Below, one piece after another: positions 59,893 to 64,000 of a DNA stretch of 64,000 bases; the stretch's first letter is position 1; every line of letters begins with the position of its first letter. Origin of the DNA: Amoebophrya sp. A120 (lineage: Eukaryota; Protista; Dinoflagellata); the NCBI GenBank assembly GCA_905178155.1, contig CAJINV010000001.1, forward strand, positions 4,078,421 through 4,142,420, in the 5' to 3' direction. A model generated the notes under the pieces. It was not told the DNA's origin, did no database searches, and saw only the letters and a program-made list of their open reading frames with translations. The position numbers and the translations under genes were made by a program.

Positions 59893-60559
59893 GAGAAGTA
59901 GGACAAGTCTTTCCACAACGAACACCGCTTTGCTGTCTGGTCGCCATCGAAGGTTGACTACTTCGATGATGTTTTAGGGAAGTCGTGGTGCATCGCTCCT
60001 CCGATGAGAGATGACACAACTCACCACTTTCACAGATGTAGTTGAAAAACAGGCTCAGCAACTGGATCAACTGAAAAATGCGCACAATTGAAACCAATGG
60101 AGACAATTTGAAGACATGCAATCAAACATACATCTAAGCCCCTGTAGCTCCAGCTCGATTGGGAGGGGGGCTCCTCGCAGTCGATTGCCAAGCTGCTCCC
60201 AGTGAAGACTACGTTGTTCGTCCAAAACACACTGCCTGTTCTTTGATTTGAAACAAGCGGCGACTCAACACAACGAGTATGATAGCGAACTTCCTCCAAA
60301 GCAAATAAAAATAGATGCTGTTTCCGATACTTGTCGTTTTCTCGAAGATATGGTCATCTCATGGTTTACATCGATAATCATCAGAAGAAATTTCTGAAAC
60401 TCTCGGAGTCGGTCTCGATGGCTGGCAGCGTAAACAAGAAATAAGTGTGTGGCTTTTGTTCTTTTTCTTCCTGGTGCTGAAGTGCTTAGATTTCCAGCTT
60501 TAGCTTTTCCTTTTCGTGGTCCAACCACCTTGGTGTTGGTTCCTCTTGTTGCCTACGAT

Positions 60560-61294
60560 ATGGCCACCTCGGTCCTCTCTACCCTGGGTGAATTTCTGTA
60601 TGCTGCCGGGCCCGGCTTCGCGGGTCCTGGAACGGTACGGGAGCGCCATCCAAGTTGGGTCGTCGGACTTTCCTGTTTTTCCTTCTGGGTCAACGCGGCG
60701 CACTGCTACTTCGTCTGGAAAGACATTCTCTCCGGGGTCCTGTTCTTGCTTCAGGGGAGCGTGGCTTTCATCTCCGATTACCTGACTCTTTTAGGACGCG
60801 ACGTTGAACGAACGTTAACCAGTGCTGAAGGAGATTCGACTGGTACTAGTACGGGTGTCGTCGGTACTAGCTCTACCACGATCTTCTCCTCCAGCGTGCG
60901 CGGCAACGAGCGGTCCCGCAAGAAGGTCCTGCTGGAGGAGCAACAGCATCAAGACCGAGATAGTATTGATGCTGGTGCAGCTAGCTCAAATGCCATGCCT
61001 GCTGTGTCCGACAGAATGCGAATGCGGCGGACGTTGCCAATCTTTACCCACCGCGTGCCGCTTTTCTGCTTCAATCACAAGCCGTTGATAAACCGGATCG
61101 ACAAAGGCATAGCGTGTTGCATCATAGTCTGGATGCACGTGCTGGCTTGCCGGCACCTGCTCGCCTACCCACTGCTGACGGTGCCGCCGCTTGCGCTCTT
61201 CCTGGGCTACTCGCGACTGGCCACTACGCAGGACGACTGGATCTGCCGACACTCCGTGTGGCACGTCTTCGCAACATGTATATGTCGTGCGTAG
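60560..61294 (+). CDS. Multi-pass membrane protein with a C-terminal HxxWH motif (CREST-superfamily-like)
   Basis: Several hydrophobic helices, AFISDY, NRIDKGIA, RHSVWHVF. The C-terminus may be frameshifted near 61280. Confidence 0.55.
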   Translation: MATSVLSTLGEFLYAAGPGFAGPGTVRERHPSWVVGLSCFSFWVNAAHCYFVWKDILSGVLFLLQGSVAFISDYLTLLGRDVERTLTSAEGDSTGTSTGVVGTSSTTIFSSSVRGNERSRKKVLLEEQQHQDRDSIDAGAASSNAMPAVSDRMRMRRTLPIFTHRVPLFCFNHKPLINRIDKGIACCIIVWMHVLACRHLLAYPLLTVPPLALFLGYSRLATTQDDWICRHSVWHVFATCICRA

Positions 61295-62816
61295 CAGTTA
61301 TATCAATTTACATGATCAAGCAAGAGGGTTGCACACTCCGACGTCGGGCTGGCTGCCCGATGTCGACCAGCTTCCGCTGGTTCTCTGTCCTCTATCTAGA
61401 ATCTCCGCTTCGTCCGGGCTTGCCTGGACTCGGCGTTTTTTCCCCGCCCTCCCACCCAGCTGCTGCAGCTTCATTGCGAGATACCCTGCGGCACCCCCCG
61501 CAAGCCTCCCCAGATGTTCGGTGGGCCATGTCGTGTTCCACGGCTTGGCCCACCTTCACGTCCGGGGCGTGGCTCTGTGGGGTTTGAGAGCTTGGCTCGC
61601 GCGGCTTGCTACTTGTAGCTCGCTGTGCCGGCCGGGTTCTCTTCTTGCTCGCCAGTGTGACCGTCGCAGGGCGTCCCGCGACGAGGACTGCAGCGCGCGT
61701 CAGCACTGCCTTCGATTATCATCGTTTCCGCGCGCTTTCGCTCGTTGGGTGAATTGCGCCAGGAATGTGAATTTATATAAGTTAAAGCTTTCACAAAGTG
61801 TCATGTCATCGCAAGCTCGCACCGTAAACGTGAGGAGATGAAATAGAGTCCAGATCCGAAGGGTGTTGATGTACTTAATCGTCGTAGTGGACAGCAAAAA
61901 TAATAGAAAACAGAAACACATTGACGACTTCAGGTCTCATCATTGTGTCGGTCCATTTCGCCTACCTCTACGAGCACGAGGTATGTCTCAGCCTCTACCA
62001 GACGGGAAAGCCAACTGCGAGAAGCGCGCTTGGCACCGGGCCAATCAAGAATTGCCTACTCGATCACCTTGGTTTGAACCGCGAAAAGGTGCTGAGTTTG
62101 CAACAGAGACTGGCGGATGGGGGAGGCTTGGATGGCTCTGAGACCGTCTCTGAGGGTGGAGAACTCTGGTCCCTGGTAGGACCCCTGGTATGGAACGCCG
62201 GCGCGCCTTTGACGGTTTTAGGAATCATTGTCGCCCTGGGAAGCTGAGACCCGCCGTGGAGGCCGTGGTCGTGTGTGGTTTTCTCAATTGTGGTGTACAA
62301 TGGTGTCAGCGCATTCAAAGACAAAGTGTTTTCTGGTTCCACCATAGATTTCATTTCTACAGTGGTTCATCTGTTCATCATAAAATGAAAAGGAAGAGTC
62401 AAACAAGGTGAAAAAATGCAGCTGGTGCATACATGCCCTTCTTGCACTTGCGTATTCGTACGAAGGAGCGGTCTGTACTACACATTCATTCAAAGCCGAA
62501 AAGAAAATGCTTGCGCTTGGTTAATGTCCTACAGATTATTTTTGCAAGTAGTGCCCGCAGGCTGTTTTAGGAGCCGACGTTATCGCAATCGCATTCAATC
62601 TCATTCTCAAATTGGAAGCACAAGACCCCGCGATGCTTCGCTTTGAGATCGTGTCGATCTCTCGACAAAGTTGTCTTTAGTTTTACTAGAGGCACGCCTG
62701 GGATTATGGAAGAAGTGTGTTCATATTTTGTAATTACTAGAGGCACGTGCTTACTACTTGAATGTCACCACTGCGCTCTGTGATGTTGGGAGGTGGTTGC
62801 GAGTTTGAGTTACAAG

Positions 62817-64000
62817 TGTCGGAAGGACGACGCTTGAGCTATAGAGTGCGCTAGTTGCATTGCGCGAGCGCTTCGCGTACATGCTTCAGAAGATCGGGCG
62901 GCGCAGCCCGAGCCAGGGCGGCCCCCGCAAAGGGCTCCAGGCGGTCGCGGCGTTCTCTGTCTGGTGGCGCATTGCGGAGGATGTCCGCCGCATCTTCGGC
63001 GCGGGAAGTGTCGCGGGCCGCCTCGTGGTTTTCATCGAGGGCGACGCAGCAAAGCCCTACCCCTCCCGCCCCCAACTGGTACGCCAGCAGCTTTGGACCA
63101 GCTGGGGGCTTTCGGGAACCCCCTACGGCCGGTTGGCGGCGCGGTCACACATCGCGACGCCTTGCCGGGTCCGCGCAGCACGCGGGCTCGTTGCCCCGGC
63201 GGCACACACTCACGAGCGGCTCTGCGGAGGGCAGCAGGCGCCCCCCGCCTGATTTTGCGGCTGCGTACGAAATCGCGCGCCGCGGCGGCGCGGATTATGT
63301 GGCGCAGTATCCGGCCCGCCTCACCCCATGGGGCCGGCCTTCGACTACTAGCGCCGGCCCCGATCCGGGGTCGCTCGCGAATCCGACAGGGGCCCCACGT
63401 TGGAGCGGCATCACGCGGCGCCCGATGTACAACGCGGAGGGCGCCCAGCTTCTGGAGCTGGACAGCGCTACGGCCTTCGACGTCGCCTATCCGAACGCGG
63501 TGCGCATCGGCAGGCGCTGCGCCGAGGAGTTTCTGGCGGCCGGGGGCAGTGCTTGGATGGGGCTCGTTCGCCCGCCGTCCTTGGCCCTGCGCGCAGCGCG
63601 GGGGGATCTCCGGGGAAGCAGCCGGCAACCGCCGGCCGCCCCGAGCGCTCTGCGTGGTGGTTTGGTTGTGGATGCCCCCTAGGTGGGCGTGCCCAGGTAG
63701 CCAGCCGCAGAATTGCCAGCAACGCCAATCCGTGCCAGCCAGTAAGTATCTATGGCAGGCGCCCCCCGCCCGCGTTCGCTCGGCCGGGCCCGGCGTCAGT
63801 TGATTGTGGGCATAGCTGGCCACCCAGCTTGCCGGCCGCGCCGCGACGGCGGCTGCGCCTGCGGTTCGCAGTCAGTTTCCCTTCTTGGTCGAGTCTCTGA
63901 CGCGGCGACGTGTTGTCGGTGGTGTCTGACCCCCGCTCCTTGTGACCGCCGATGAGTATCATAATCCTTCCATAAATATGAAGTCTATGCATTGTTCCGA
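62817..64000. mobile_element. Possible LTR-like or TIR insertion running off the window end
   Basis: GC-rich block starting TGTCGGAA. The window ends ...TTCCGA, a partial inverted match. ORFs in several overlapping frames show no recognisable domain. Confidence 0.3.

Overview
Eukaryotic genomic DNA, most likely an alveolate. The architecture fits a Syndiniales parasite such as Amoebophrya, but this is an inference. All ~14 supportable genes lie on the + strand: SF-assemblin 3' end, USP7, a fatty-acid-hydroxylase/AGMO-like protein, an ankyrin TRPV-like channel, Tudor-like x2 plus thioredoxin, an ATP-grasp plus HAD fusion, VHL-beta plus AN1 zinc finger, an F-box-like protein, a TLC-domain protein, a SAM methyltransferase-like protein, a hypothetical protein, dCMP deaminase, WDR12/YTM1 and an HxxWH membrane protein. 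Besides ordinary GT-AG introns, the genes are interrupted by about 16 transposon-like elements. These have TAT(C/G)...(G/C)ATA terminal inverted repeats (TIRs), a 5-bp target-site duplication (TSD) and a shared internal TTGTnATGC motif. Removing the element plus one TSD restores the reading frame and conserved motifs at all 14 sites inside modelled genes, mostly without GT-AG ends. Inverted-repeat introner elements are known from Amoebophrya. This window adds unusual cases: one element in both orientations, two elements in tandem sharing a TSD, a 1.57-kb 6-bp-TSD transposon nested inside one, and sibling copies within single genes. There is also a 2.97-kb repeat-rich non-coding element with a 6-bp TSD and several perfect or branched palindromes. 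Exon models were read by hand and need RNA-seq confirmation.
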